Shown piece after piece: positions 1-12,193 of a DNA stretch of 64,000 nucleotides. This DNA comes from Eremomyces bilateralis CBS 781.70 (taxonomy: Eukaryota): assembly GCA_010015585.1 (NCBI GenBank), contig ML975153.1; one strand, 5' to 3'. Within the stretch, counting starts at the first letter, position 1. Every line of letters begins with the position of its first letter. The translations under genes were made by a program, and so were the position numbers. The notes under the pieces were generated by a model. That model did not search any database, had not been told where the DNA came from, and saw only the letters and a program-made list of their open reading frames with translations.

Positions 1-451
1 GACGTCGGGGTTAATGGATGTAGTTTAAAAACCGAGGAGAATCTGGAGGTGGTAAAGCAGATTCCGCTGGAAAGACTGCAGATTGAAACCGACGGACCAT
101 GGGTATTTATGCCGTAGTCGTCGAAGGATACGGAATGGCTAACCAATCCAATAGTGTGAGATGCGACCATCGCATGCATCAGCAGTGCTTCTGAAAGACG
201 CGCCTGTATTGCCCAAGTCGGTAAAGAAGGAGAAGTGGGTTAAAGGGGCAATGATCAAGGGACGCAATGAACCAGTCAGCATTCCGCGTGTCGCGCTGGC
301 CATTGCGAAAATAAAAGGGATATCCGTTGAGGAGGTTTGCAAAGTGTAAGTGAATGCCGCGACGATACAAGATCTCATGCTAATCTAGGGCATCGTACTC
401 CGTAGATCATCGGCCAACTCGATTCGAATGTTTGGATTAGGACAGTCGTAA
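1..451 (+). CDS. TatD-family DNase, 3' part (5'-truncated by the window edge; 2 introns)
   Basis: Frame 1 reads [34 protein letters not shown], then an intron (103 to about 153), then CEMRPSH...KGRNEP, ending [11 protein letters not shown] at TAA 449-451. GCSLKT, ETDxPW and GRNEP are TatD hallmarks. Confidence 0.9.
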
Positions 452-1353
452 CATAGTCAACGTTATTCGAGTCCAAAACTAGCGGATGGTACCGCTCGCC
501 GCATTCTGCTCGAGGCTTCAAGCTGCACTATGGATATAGCATAGATATTGTGTCACGAATAAAACCTGTTTATTCAAAGACCCGATGTAAATCCAAAGGA
601 TGGTTACCTAGTGGAACATGCTTGTCATTCATTTCATGTCCTACTATGTAGACTAGAGGTGGGGGTTATCGCATAAACTTGGAACAAAACTTCAATGTTC
701 TCCATCCGAAATATTGTTCCTAGATCGTAGTTACTCGCAAATTACAGGCTTACGAGTTACGTACCACAGATGATCACCAGGCCCAGATTCCAGAGACCAG
801 AACGATCGGATCCAAAACGCGTCAACGGAAGCGGATCGAGGGCCAATCGGCGGAGGATTTGGAGATGGGGAATCCGTTGCTCCTCCACAGTAAACGCCAC
901 CATAACACCCGTTGCCCCCGACAACGCGCCCCGCAATAACGCAAAACAGAGCGACACCCGCACCATTCTAGGTGTAATTCCGGATAATCCGATTGTTGTG
1001 GATGCTATTCAGATAAGGTTCGCTCATCCGGAGTGGTCCCCGAGCGGCTTGTATTCAGATCAACTGCCTAGCGTGATTTGCTGCGGCCAGAAAACCGACC
1101 GTCGTCTGGCGAAACGAGCTGCATACCTGGAATTGTGATTGCGCATTCTCTTCTTCGACTTTCTTCGCATCTAGGACATTTCACCAACACATTAGCCCTC
1201 AAGTTCTTATTTCGGTTCTATCCATCATTCATTGTGAAATTATTTGTTTTCTCTCTTTCTCTCCCCAGCTCCGTGGACCGCATGATGCGGCGAGTCAACT
1301 GGAGTCGCACACCCCCACAGTGCACTACCAAACTCCCGTCATAGGGCGACAAG

Positions 1354-4300
1354 ATGAGACGACACGGCCCATTCGGCTGTTCTTTCATACTGATTGCGCT
1401 GGTGTCCTTGGCTGGAGCCCGCCAGCTACCGTACAATCCAGCCAAAATTCTTCGACCTCCTCAGCGAGAGGAGCTCGCATATGTGTTCCGTCCCTCTTCA
1501 GACGGGGAGCAGTTCGAGTTCACCTCAATCGACTTAACCTCGAACATTCAATCTTCAGACCTCCGAGAATCCGTGCTATACTCAACGTTGCCATTTCTCA
1601 CCAGCCGACATGACGGCTTCACAACGGCAATGGGAGAGGACGGGGAGATCACAGTTGTGTCAGGAAATTGTCTCTCTCCAACTGGGCCGCAAATCTGGAA
1701 GTTTTCCCCGGACGAGAACTCAAGAGAAGGGAACGGCACATGGATAAAGCAATCTCTCACGACGCATAATCTAGATCCAGTGGCAGGCGTAGCACCAGTC
1801 CCCTACTACCTAGCGTCGGGGATAAGTTTCACGTCATTACTAGGCGAGGCCACTGGAACGGACGACACCTCGACGACTTATATCTTTGGCGGGATGTGCT
1901 CCAAATCCGAGTCGACCGAAATATCAACGTGGCAGTCTGATGCGACATACAGCAATACCATGTTCAAGATCGATCGAGAGGCCGACGCTTCCAGGCTCGC
2001 AATTAGCGCCTCGAGCAGTCGAGGTCCTCCCATTGCGGAAGCTGGATTCAGCATGACAAGTCTTTTACCTACGTTCTCTAATAACTCTGATGGATCGAGC
2101 AACCAGCAACGAGACTACGTTCTCGTCGGTGGCCATACAGCATCAGCTTTCATCAACATGAGCCAAGTGGCGCTTTTCTCTTTGCCGCAGGAAACATGGA
2201 CGTTTCTTCCAGTCTCACAGTCTACAGCTGGCCGAACCGACTTGGCACTCAAAAGAGACATAGAGGAAGTCGAACCTCGAAGCGGCCACACGGCTATTTT
2301 GTCAACAGACGGAACCAAAATTATCGTCTTCGGAGGATGGATTGGCGACATAGATACTCCAGCCGCACCTCCGCTAGTGGTGCTGACGCTGGGAGAAGGT
2401 TATGGTGGTAAAGGTCGGTGGACATGGAGTATACCAATTGCTCCTAGCCCGCTACCGGGGTCAATAAGCATCTATGGACACGGCGCTGCCTTACTTCCAG
2501 GCGATATTATGATGGTTCTCGGTGGCTACCGGATTGGAGAGTCAATCCAACAACGGATCCGAGCAAGACAGCGCCAGGCGAGCGAAATCAATACGAAGGC
2601 CTTCTTCTTCAACGTCTCTTCCTCTACCTGGCTCGAAGAATACACACCACCAGAGAGCTGGAGCTCGGCTGCCCAGCACAACGGACCTCTCTCCTCAACG
2701 TCTCAAAAGGCGGGACTTGGCGCGGGTCTCGGAATTGGCGGTGCCATTGTCCTTGGACTCGCCGTCTTCTACCTGTTCTTCACGAAACACCTGAGACGTC
2801 GACGCGAAACGCAAGAACGCGAGGTCGAAGAACTTGAGAAGGCCGCCCACCGAGACCATATGCGCGAAATGTCATGGCGAGGTCCTCCGGGACACACGGC
2901 AGTGGATACTCTCGACGGCGCTTACGATCCATTTTTGTATGGAGACCACGTTGAGAGTCCGTACGATGTCCTTCAAACACGGCGACCGTTCACTGTTCAA
3001 GACGCGGAACGGACGGGTCTCTTGTTGGATGTACCCAGCCCAACCCGAGGGTTGCGGCGGAGCCTGGCGAGACGCTCCCACCCACAAGGTGTGGGCAAAC
3101 ATGTTTCACGACATTCAGGCCACATCCATCCAATTGAGGAGAGAGAGGAGGAAGAATCTCTCGCAAGCAACGAGCATGACGTCCAACCCGGAGAATGGAC
3201 GGCGAGTGGTGAAATGAGTGAAATCAAAACACTTCACCGTCCTCAGCCAAATGTCAGGACGGGTTTGACACCGCTCGGATTTCATCCTGTCCCAACAGAC
3301 TCGGATATAAGAGCGGCAGGTGCAGATGGAGATTTGGACCACATCCCTCGGTCGCCAGCAGAAGAGCGCAAACACGAAGTCCAGTCTTGGGCCGAGGAGT
3401 GGGAGCGCGCAGCTTCGTCAATAATAGGGCCTAGTCAAAATGGGCCACCATCGTCCTCCAACTCTCGACATGCTGGTCGGACCTCGCCCACTAAATCCGA
3501 TCGAACATCGTCCACTCTCTCCGCCAAATCTTGGGTTTCCAATTTATCAACAAACGATGACCAGAACCACTCCTCGTCCAACACCACCATCACCGGAGCC
3601 GTTGCAACCCTTTCGCGAACTCTCTCGGCTCGAATCAACTCCGTCCTGGTCAATCCGTTCGCCACCCCTGAGCCGAGTCCTACACGGGATGGTGGGTTCG
3701 GACTTCCAGAATCGAAGCGTCCTCAAAGAAACAGTCAGGGTGCTACCAGCTTATTAGGGGACCGCTCTTCACAACCGAGTCCGACCAAAACCCTTGAAAG
3801 CTCTGCCGCTGGTGGCGACCCTTCAGATGGAAGTGAACGTGGCTCAAGTGCTGGTAAAGGTGCGGCAGGAGATGCCGAATCATTTTCCACAGCAAAGACA
3901 TCATTTGCCAAACTGCAGTCGGAGGGGGAGGCGTTGCTCGGCGGACCGCGAGCCGCTGGAACGCGATCAACGAAAACGGTCGCAGGACGCCATCCTGAAT
4001 CATCTGTCGAGTCTGGCTCCAAGATCCACCCGGAGGAAGAAGGCTCCCCTGAACGAGCCGGGTTTTGGTCCGGTAGCGTCCGACGAGTCCTAGGAACCAA
4101 GGGTGCGGCCGCTCCAAGCAGGAAGAGCGGCTCGACCATTTCCGCTGTCAAATTACGCCGGGCCCGTCGCAAATCGCTGGTTGATGGTGGCGCGGGTCCT
4201 GAGATGCGGGAGCAGAACCATGGACTTTCTACGGCGATGGGAACGCCCCGACGTGCCGTGTCGGATGCTGGATTCTGGCGTACGCGGAAAGGCGCGAAAG

Positions 4301-4644
4301 ATTGGGATTGGGATGATGACGAGCCAAGTCTGTCAGCCGCTTTTGGTGGAAGACGGAGCGGAGATGATTGGGGAGCACCGGACGATAGTGAGCCGGCTAG
4401 GAATCAGAAGCCGGCGCCGAATGAACCCGACGCCGGGGAACATAAAGGGAGGGAGGAGGATTGGGATGTCGAAGCGGCAGTCGAGAACCGCGTTGTACAG
4501 GTCATGTTCTCGGTGCCCAGGACGAGATTGCGGGTCGTGAACGCGGACGCAGATGAACAGCGGAGCTTGATGAGCGTTGAGGACGACAGCAACCCTCGAC
4601 ATCCGGGTCTAGAGAAGGGTAAAGGGAAGGAACTGGACTGTTGA
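1354..4644 (+). CDS. Type I membrane protein with an extracellular kelch/galactose-oxidase-like beta-propeller and a long disordered cytoplasmic tail
   Basis: Intronless 1096-aa ORF with a signal peptide, kelch-type motifs (YIFGG, PRSGHTA, IIVFGGW, YGHGA), one TM helix (GLGAGLGIGGAIVLGLAVFYLFF) and a C-terminal DWDVEAAVENRVVQVMFSVP motif. Confidence 0.85.
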   Translation: MRRHGPFGCSFILIALVSLAGARQLPYNPAKILRPPQREELAYVFRPSSDGEQFEFTSIDLTSNIQSSDLRESVLYSTLPFLTSRHDGFTTAMGEDGEITVVSGNCLSPTGPQIWKFSPDENSREGNGTWIKQSLTTHNLDPVAGVAPVPYYLASGISFTSLLGEATGTDDTSTTYIFGGMCSKSESTEISTWQSDATYSNTMFKIDREADASRLAISASSSRGPPIAEAGFSMTSLLPTFSNNSDGSSNQQRDYVLVGGHTASAFINMSQVALFSLPQETWTFLPVSQSTAGRTDLALKRDIEEVEPRSGHTAILSTDGTKIIVFGGWIGDIDTPAAPPLVVLTLGEGYGGKGRWTWSIPIAPSPLPGSISIYGHGAALLPGDIMMVLGGYRIGESIQQRIRARQRQASEINTKAFFFNVSSSTWLEEYTPPESWSSAAQHNGPLSSTSQKAGLGAGLGIGGAIVLGLAVFYLFFTKHLRRRRETQEREVEELEKAAHRDHMREMSWRGPPGHTAVDTLDGAYDPFLYGDHVESPYDVLQTRRPFTVQDAERTGLLLDVPSPTRGLRRSLARRSHPQGVGKHVSRHSGHIHPIEEREEEESLASNEHDVQPGEWTASGEMSEIKTLHRPQPNVRTGLTPLGFHPVPTDSDIRAAGADGDLDHIPRSPAEERKHEVQSWAEEWERAASSIIGPSQNGPPSSSNSRHAGRTSPTKSDRTSSTLSAKSWVSNLSTNDDQNHSSSNTTITGAVATLSRTLSARINSVLVNPFATPEPSPTRDGGFGLPESKRPQRNSQGATSLLGDRSSQPSPTKTLESSAAGGDPSDGSERGSSAGKGAAGDAESFSTAKTSFAKLQSEGEALLGGPRAAGTRSTKTVAGRHPESSVESGSKIHPEEEGSPERAGFWSGSVRRVLGTKGAAAPSRKSGSTISAVKLRRARRKSLVDGGAGPEMREQNHGLSTAMGTPRRAVSDAGFWRTRKGAKDWDWDDDEPSLSAAFGGRRSGDDWGAPDDSEPARNQKPAPNEPDAGEHKGREEDWDVEAAVENRVVQVMFSVPRTRLRVVNADADEQRSLMSVEDDSNPRHPGLEKGKGKELDC

Positions 4645-4932
4645 TGTGGATGTTCGTCGCATATAGGGCTTTTATATTTGGATCTTTGCGCTGGCGCTGG
4701 TCAGACGGCGGTCACGCCTGGGTTTGGGTTATGGTTCGAATGGGCGGAACGTTACGATAACATGGCTATAATCGAGAAGTATCTGTATTTGTAAATCTCG
4801 TCTTCTAGCTGAGCGGTTTCATGAAGATCCCTTCATGGCCGAAGATCTGATATATAACGGATCGAGCGGCCGTTGTGTGCGACATCCATTGGCGACATAA
4901 ACGCCAATTTACGACCTTCCATTCTCGTGCAA

Positions 4933-6762
4933 CTATTCATCATCTTCAGCGCTCTGCTCGCCACCATCCCCAGGCCAATTGTCATCGTGTTCGTCTAACA
5001 ATCGTGCTAATGCATTGTAATCGCCTGGGGAAACATCGACGTTTCGGTTTGAAGAGTTCATATATCCAGGTTCGTTGTCCGCTGGCGGTAACGGGTCACC
5101 CATCCCTCCTAGGTTGTCCCGGTATTGTTCCGGAATCAATTTAAGAAGCCTTGCATCTTCTTCCAGTATGACAAGTCGCGAAATATTTTCAGGCACAACC
5201 ATGGGTTCCCCTCCAGTAATGTCAGACCAATTGCGCGGAGTTAGGTCATCTCGAGTCAATCCATCCGCCACTGAGCTGAGCAACGATTTCACCTCGGGAC
5301 TTGCCCATAGGTCTTTACTGTTCGAGACATAATGGGCAGTCAGCAGTTCGTCGTAGGTGGTATTAGGCAGAGCCCCCCATACTGCCATTGGGACGGGCGA
5401 AATGTCCTGCTCTTTAATCAGGGCATGCGCAATGAACGGCCACAGTTTAATGGCATCGGAGAGTGACTTTCGGGCTGCGTCAACATCGCCCAGGCCCATC
5501 TGAGCCAAAGCTCGGCTGTATCTGATGTGCGGATACTTCCACCAGCCTGTGTCTTCCAAATGATCATGTGTGGACATGTCCAAGAGTGCGGAATATTGTT
5601 TTGCTCTCAATGCATGCTGGTCGATGGTCATGAGCATTGCATACGGATCATCAGAAGGATCGAGCATTAGAAGCAGCTTTGCCCACTCATAAATAGTTCG
5701 ATAAACCCCACGCATCCGCAGGTTCTTCATATACATGACGGCCGTCAAATAGAATTGACGGTTTTCCTGAAACCGGAAAGGGAGGCGGGCCTGCCCTTTT
5801 GAGGCTGCGTTTGGGAACGAAGAGTTGAGCGCCCGACCGAACGTGAAGAGTGCCCGTTGGAGGAGTTTTCCGGCAAGTGTAAAGTCTCTGCCGTGAGCAA
5901 CAATGAGAGAGGCTTGAAGAATGGTTGAAATATGCGTTGGATTGAATCTCAGCAGCATGAGGATTCGTTCAGGGTCCATGCTTGACACACAGTCCTCGAA
6001 TTGGAGCTGGACATCTCGATATGCGGGAGCATGGACAAATCGATATCGTACAGTGCCATCGTCTGTTTCGGGAAGGACTTCCATTGCGAGGCCGGTAGAA
6101 ACTCCAGGAGGAGCGGTTTCATTCGGCTGGAGCTGGACAAGAAATGTTTTTCGCCGTGCCTCGTTCAAAGGCGTGTTACGCCGCTGCCCACGTTGGACCT
6201 GTTGCATCAACCGGCGCTGCCTTCGACCTGCCTGAGCAGCGGGATCCAGCTCATCGTCATTTGCCTCATTTGTGTCCAGGGCAGCCCGTCCAAACAGCCG
6301 ACGAACCTCGTTCTCGATGTGTAAATGGTCCGAGTTGATGGACAAGACGCTGAAGTCCTGCGACTTCCGTCTGTGGTGCTTGCTGCCACCATCGGCCGCC
6401 GGAGGTATTGATAAATCTCTCAAAGCCACGTCAATCTCATCCAGTCCATTCAAGTTGGTCTCTTTCGCCACTTCCTTGGCTTGTTTTCTCTTCTCTCGGG
6501 CTTTATTTTTCTTCTTTCCCTTCTTGGAGGATTTTGTCGGAGGCATATCCTCTAGCTCCTTTACTTCAGGGCTTCCATCCCCTTCTTCAAGATCGGCACC
6601 CGCTTCTTCCTCATTCTCTGACTCCGGTTGGTCGAGGAGTGCGAACAAGCTCGATTTCGGACCACCCCGGGAGCTTTGTGCCTTGGAAATTGACTCTTCG
6701 TCGCTCGCATTGCCATTGACCTCGCGCTCACGCTGAGCACGTCGCAGAGCCCGCGAAGACAT
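4933..6762 (-). CDS. RQC1: Ribosome quality-control protein Rqc1 / TCF25 (Nulp1) family
   Basis: Likely start MSSRALRRAQ at ATG 6762; poly-Lys/acidic N-terminus; motifs NEVRRLFG, PTHISTILQ, ENRQFY, EWAKLLLMLDPSDDP. Confidence 0.88.
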   Translation of the reverse strand: MSSRALRRAQREREVNGNASDEESISKAQSSRGGPKSSLFALLDQPESENEEEAGADLEEGDGSPEVKELEDMPPTKSSKKGKKKNKAREKRKQAKEVAKETNLNGLDEIDVALRDLSIPPAADGGSKHHRRKSQDFSVLSINSDHLHIENEVRRLFGRAALDTNEANDDELDPAAQAGRRQRRLMQQVQRGQRRNTPLNEARRKTFLVQLQPNETAPPGVSTGLAMEVLPETDDGTVRYRFVHAPAYRDVQLQFEDCVSSMDPERILMLLRFNPTHISTILQASLIVAHGRDFTLAGKLLQRALFTFGRALNSSFPNAASKGQARLPFRFQENRQFYLTAVMYMKNLRMRGVYRTIYEWAKLLLMLDPSDDPYAMLMTIDQHALRAKQYSALLDMSTHDHLEDTGWWKYPHIRYSRALAQMGLGDVDAARKSLSDAIKLWPFIAHALIKEQDISPVPMAVWGALPNTTYDELLTAHYVSNSKDLWASPEVKSLLSSVADGLTRDDLTPRNWSDITGGEPMVVPENISRLVILEEDARLLKLIPEQYRDNLGGMGDPLPPADNEPGYMNSSNRNVDVSPGDYNALARLLDEHDDNWPGDGGEQSAEDDE

Positions 6763-7480
6763 GATTTGCGAGCAACTTGAACTTCGGCCCAACCCCCCTT
6801 TCTCCAAAGCCACTGTTCCGGAAAAGAGTTCGTGGAGGCGCGCAGAATGACTAGAGCGAGCAAGGCGAAACAAATAGAACAATATTATACACCGTCGAGA
6901 CGTAAAAGAGTTTGCCTTCGAAGGATTGCCGGCCTGACATGAATTCGTAGCCCCAACTTTAAGTGATTGGAGGGACAAGAGGTGACTAACATTACAGGCG
7001 ATGAGCCACACTAATATGTCCTAGCCCAAAGCATTTGCCACCTACCTCAGTGGAAGTGTGTGCAAGTTGAATGCAAGGTCTTAAGGAACGAAGACCTTGC
7101 TGGTTTATATCCATGATGGTTCCTGTATGGTTATTGGTTCCTAACTCCCGGGTGACTGGCGACCGCATTGTGGTCACAAAAAAATTGCTGGTTGTTGGTG
7201 CCTGACAAGGCATCAATATTCCCGATCCATTCCCTTAATAGTGTAGCCTGATTGGTGATTCAAATACCACAGTGGAGCCGGGATTGTAACAATACACTCA
7301 TGTTAGGTAAGGGCATGGCACTCCGAGCATTTAGATTACATACTAGAAAGTCTGGCATATCCTCTTAATGTACCTGATGAAAAGATCTTATAGATCAGCT
7401 ATAAGCCATTCGTGTACCAGCATCACACTTTCACCTCCTAGTATGCGAAGGAAGTCTATTCCCACCACACTCAGACCATT

Positions 7481-8861
7481 TCAATGCCTCCTTGCTCCAT
7501 CGAATCGCCTCCACAAGCCGTGTACTTGACCGGCCCCAGAGCTGTAGACAGATACGATTGCACTGCTCGTTCCAGAAGCAATCGCAGATGCGGTAGAGGA
7601 GCCAGGTATGCCCCCTGAGGGAGGGCCACCAGGACCGCCAGAACCACCAGGACCGTCAGGACCACCAGGACCGCCACCCATACCCGAATTGGGATTCTCG
7701 TGGCCACCATCCTCGGCCAGATAAGATGCCCAAGATGCAGAGGAGCTATGATTGGCGGATGTATCGATCCCGATTTCGATCCAACCCAATAAGCCAGCCG
7801 TGATATCATCAGCATCAAGATAAATGTACTGCATGAAAGGATCGTTGTTGTTGTCGGCCTGAGATTGAGCAATCATATCCTCATCATTCGTAGTCCTCGG
7901 CGCATCGTTCGTGCTGTACGGGCTGGTTGCCTCTACCGCATCGATGAGGGTTTCCTCAAAGAACAGTTGACCGATATGCGAGAACTCTCCTCCACTGAAG
8001 GAGCCGTTCGGAAGCAAAGTTGTGCCAGTGTGGACTGCTAGGTGCTCGTGCGTAGCTCGTCCCTGGTAATGGCCGGGAAATAGGGTGTCAAACTCGACGA
8101 CCCCATCTGACGAAGATTGTTGGAGGCCCCGAAGGAAAGTTTCATTGAGAGTACCTTCACTGGTAACTCCCGAATATGTCCCGGTTGCATTGCACTAGTG
8201 AACTGTCAGCTTCAGCGCATACTTAAAATTGTTGGTCTCCTTACACTCCAGATGTCTACCAGAAGATCTTCGACGGGCTTGCAGGTATTGACATCGATGA
8301 ACTGCATTTCCAAATGCAGTGGAACTCCTGCCCGTCCATCTGTAAGGTCTTGCCTGACCAGCTCACCGAGGACATAGTAGGGACCAATGGTCACCTCGGG
8401 GGCCAAAATACAAGATGTATTGGCAGAGAAGATGGAAGATGGATCACTGTAGTTGATGGATCCCGTAGCGTTGTGGTCGACTTCCTCAAACGCTTGGAGA
8501 GACGCAAGGTCTCGTCTATGCAATACTGGAGCTGTCGGTCCAAACAATTAGCATCGTTTTATCTTTCTCCTTCGACCTGTTGACGATTGGGCAGTGCCTT
8601 ACCGTTGATAGACCGCGCTCCCTGCAAAGACTGAGCAGTAGCAAGCCTGCGTGACAATGCACGCTCTCTTAACGCTCGCGCGGAGGGATTATTGGAACAT
8701 TTCTCCAATAATTTGGTGGACCGACTGGCAAAGGTCTGGAGGTGCTTGACCTCGCGGCGAATTGCGGCGTGGTTATGTTCTTCCCCTGGATGGGCTTGGC
8801 CAGTCGGCAGAACGGCGAGAAGCCCTAGGAGGGCTAAAGACAGAGATTTAACCACTACCAT
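7481..8861 (-). CDS. Secreted intradiol ring-cleavage dioxygenase-like protein
   Basis: Signal peptide followed by AHPGEEH; CILAPEVTIGPYY; VDIW; FPGHYQGRATHEH (about 8041-8080); HIGQLFF; Gly/Pro/Ser-rich tail. About 2 introns. Confidence 0.88.
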
Positions 8862-10408
8862 CTTGAACGAACGATGGACGTGGACGATGGACTCAACAGT
8901 AAAATATAAAAGACAAGACTGGAGACAACTTCAATCAACTGGGCGACTTATAGGTACTATGGGTAGACGGCGATCTCTTATATAAATCTCCTCGTCTGCC
9001 GACCTATCCATGTGGGGAAACGATTGCTCTTGACTTGTCCCTCCTGGGCTCCTAAGGGGCAACGGCTCCAAACTGGCGGCGAGGGGATAAACCATCCATT
9101 CTTACTCCAGGAGATGGACCCACTCTACATTAGCGCGATGGTCAAGATATCAAGGTTTTCTCTTCGCCCTTTATGATCCGCTGTGATGACGATCCGGACC
9201 TGGACTTGTTAGTTTACCGGAACCCGGACGCATAAAGGGACGCGGAGGCAAGACGCGAATTCGATAGCCCACTCCATCTCGAGCCAGAGCTCGTTGGCTA
9301 AGGTTCGGTTTCAAATCTGCGTCTCTTGATTGGTGTATAGTACACCAGGCACTTTGGACAACAAGCCTTGGGTGCCGTTGTTTCACGTGGTACGTTGCAA
9401 CTTGTAAGGTTCCCTCGGCTAGAGTATACATATTATACAAAATATAAACTGGGGAGTGGGAAGCCAGGCGCAGCTGGGACAAGCTTTTTCGGACGTACCG
9501 TAGTCTTCGTAAGTGGGTCCGATATGCTGAAGTAGTAGTTCACGAACTTCGAAGACTAATAGTTACTTTCAACGATCGGGCAACCGGTGGAGCGAAGAGT
9601 GAAACCGTGACGTGGCCTCGTTACTACGGTCCGCGCCCGACTATTCTGGCTGCATGTGTAAACCGTGAGGGGTGACGCGGCCAAACAGGCGCAAGATGAA
9701 GCGCCATGATGCGAAACAATTGCTCTTCAATTCGTCGCTTCAGAGTTCAAACGCTTTGCCAAGAGAAGCTAGTCTCGGCTTAATTCATGTTTCCCCAAAA
9801 CGCAAATGCTTGGTTTCCTCCTCCGTTAACTTTGAGAGCTACAATAGGAATCTGGAACACCATATTCCGTACTCCCTCTCAACTAGTTTTATCAGTCCGA
9901 GCTTCTATGAAACGATATGCGAATAGTGCGCGTCTCTGGACCACTGGTTAATATGAAGTGCTCGGATGTGCTTTCATCCGATCCAGACCAGTTCTACTCG
10001 TGATACCGTACACACCGGGGGCGTGATATCGCCAGAGTCGGTGAAGAGCAAGAGAATGCTACGGCCTTTGCGATCCATATTATTGAAAATAGTGCCTGTT
10101 TCGAAAGAAGGAGAAAGAGCGGAAATTGGGGCTCAAAATCGTCCGCACCGTCCGCCACTCATCTCCTGGCTCCTGCCGGCTATCAAAGAGCCCAGTTTTC
10201 TGGATCCTTGCTTACATAAGTTATGCCATGACGACATTTCACTAAGTCCCCTCAGGGGGTCAGAATTGTCATCTGTCCCCCAGAGCCATGCGGTCCATGG
10301 TACGACCTTCCAACCAACCAAATTGAAGATCGAAACCCCCGAGCGAAAATGGATTCAAAACCAGGATACATAAGAACCTCCTCTACCAACCTACTCTCCA
10401 GCAATGAT

Positions 10409-11263
10409 ATGATGAGCCGGCCCCTCGAAGGCCAGCTGGGCATTGTGACCGGTGCCTCGCGGGGCATTGGTGCCGCCATATCAGCAAATCTGGCTGCCAA
10501 AGGCTGCAATCTCGTTCTGAACTTCACGTCGGATGCGTCGGCGCTGCGGACCGGCGATCTGGCCAAACGGCTCTCCGACGAGCATGGCATCCAAGCATTG
10601 CCGGTACAGGCGGATATGGGATCGGTGGGCGGACCGAAGCATATCGTCAGCATCGCCAAGAACCATTTCTCGCATCCGAAAACGGGGAAGTTCACGATTC
10701 ATGTCATCGTCAACAATGCCGGTGTGTCCAAGAACCTGTCCATCGAGGAATGCACGGCAGAGGACTTTGCTTGGCAGTACAGCGTCAACGTTCAAGGACC
10801 GTTGCTCTTGATACAAGCAGCGCTTCCCTACTTGCCGACAGATCGTTCGGGGCGGATTATCAACGTGTCATCCGTCAGTTCGACGCTTGGCTACATTGGA
10901 CAGAGCGTCTACGGAGGTACCAAGGCTGCACTAGAGTCAATGACGCGAACGTGGTCCCGCGAACTGGCTGAGCGTGCAACGGTCAACGCCATCAATCCCG
11001 GCCCGGTAGCCACAGAGATGTACGGAAGCACGAGCAAGGACTTCCAGGCGAGGAATCGGCCGTTCATCGAGAATGCGCCCTTAGCACGGGCGAGAGAAGG
11101 AATCGATGATCCGGAGACCGTGCAGAGAGCGACGCAAGATGGTGGACGAGCGGCGTACGATTGGGAGATTGCGGGGGTTGTAGGGATGCTTTGCTCGAAA
11201 GAGTCGGCTTGGTGCACGGGGAGCGTGATCTGTGCGAATGGAGGGATGAAGTTCGGCTTCTGA
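10409..11263 (+). CDS. Short-chain dehydrogenase/reductase (3-oxoacyl-ACP reductase-like)
   Basis: TGASRGIG, NNAG, catalytic YGGTK and NAINPGPVAT motifs; intronless. Start ATG at 10409 or 10412. Confidence 0.92.
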   Translation: MMSRPLEGQLGIVTGASRGIGAAISANLAAKGCNLVLNFTSDASALRTGDLAKRLSDEHGIQALPVQADMGSVGGPKHIVSIAKNHFSHPKTGKFTIHVIVNNAGVSKNLSIEECTAEDFAWQYSVNVQGPLLLIQAALPYLPTDRSGRIINVSSVSSTLGYIGQSVYGGTKAALESMTRTWSRELAERATVNAINPGPVATEMYGSTSKDFQARNRPFIENAPLARAREGIDDPETVQRATQDGGRAAYDWEIAGVVGMLCSKESAWCTGSVICANGGMKFGF

Positions 11264-11578
11264 GTTGCGAGGAGGAAAGTCAAGATCCCCATTGTATAGT
11301 TCTCATCCGAAACTAGAAGGACAGTCTAGGAATCATGAATGGAGTTCGTAAGATAGCATCGCAATAGAACCCTGATCGCCAGTTCGACCACCTGTTCCCA
11401 GTTGTGTATGGCCAACATATTCCCCTAAACGCCGAGCTATGCCGAATTCTATGCAAAAGTTAAGTCCAGGTAGACTGTAGTTCGGCAAACCGGATCTGCC
11501 GAGACGCAGCAATCTATTGTTCAAAATGAACCATGCCCCAGGGGCAAAAATATGACAGACCGAACCCAGCCTACATCT

Positions 11579-12193
11579 TTATTGTCCCGAGTCCGCGCGC
11601 TTTTTCCCACTCTTTCCCGAGCCGGATGGCTTAGGCATCTTCTCATACGCGTTTGGACTTGGCCTCCGCCTTGATCGTCTCGGTGGTGGGTGTTGATGTG
11701 CCTCGTCGTGGTGGGATCCTTCGCCCTCTTCCTCACCCCCCTGGTGGTGGTGGTGCTCCTCGTCATGTCTCCGTGGGCGGTAGCCTCTGCCGCGTCCGGC
11801 CGGCCTGGCCGTGCTATTATCCGGTTCCGAATCCGAGTCGCTGGAGGAGGAATCCGACGTATCTTCAGACGACGACTCGCCGACTTCTCGAGGTTTGTGA
11901 TATATGCAGCATACTGTTGAAAAGGGTCAATATCGTGGACCTAAGGGGGAACTTTTCTAACCACCTTTGGAGGATTTCTTGCCCATTCCCTCGTTGTCTA
12001 CCACGTCTTCTGCCCATTGTATGTGTCTACTCTCTCGCTGAGCCGGAGATCCATCCACAGCTCGTAATCGTAACGTCCTTAAAGGAAGGGCGGGTGTGTG
12101 AGTGGATGTGGTGGTGGTGGTGGTGGTGGTGGTGGTGGCGGTCGTCCTAGAGGATGTTGTTCGGGGAACTTGTTGAGGTGCAGAGGGTGGCAT
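11579..12193 (-). CDS. YPI1: Protein phosphatase 1 regulator Ypi1 (inhibitor-3)
   Basis: [20 protein letters not shown], intron, [17 protein letters not shown]...[10 protein letters not shown]; stop TAA at 11579-11581. Confidence 0.93.
12108..12137. repeat. (GTG)10 microsatellite encoding poly-Thr in YPI1
   Basis: Ten perfect GTG units read directly from the sequence. Confidence 0.95.
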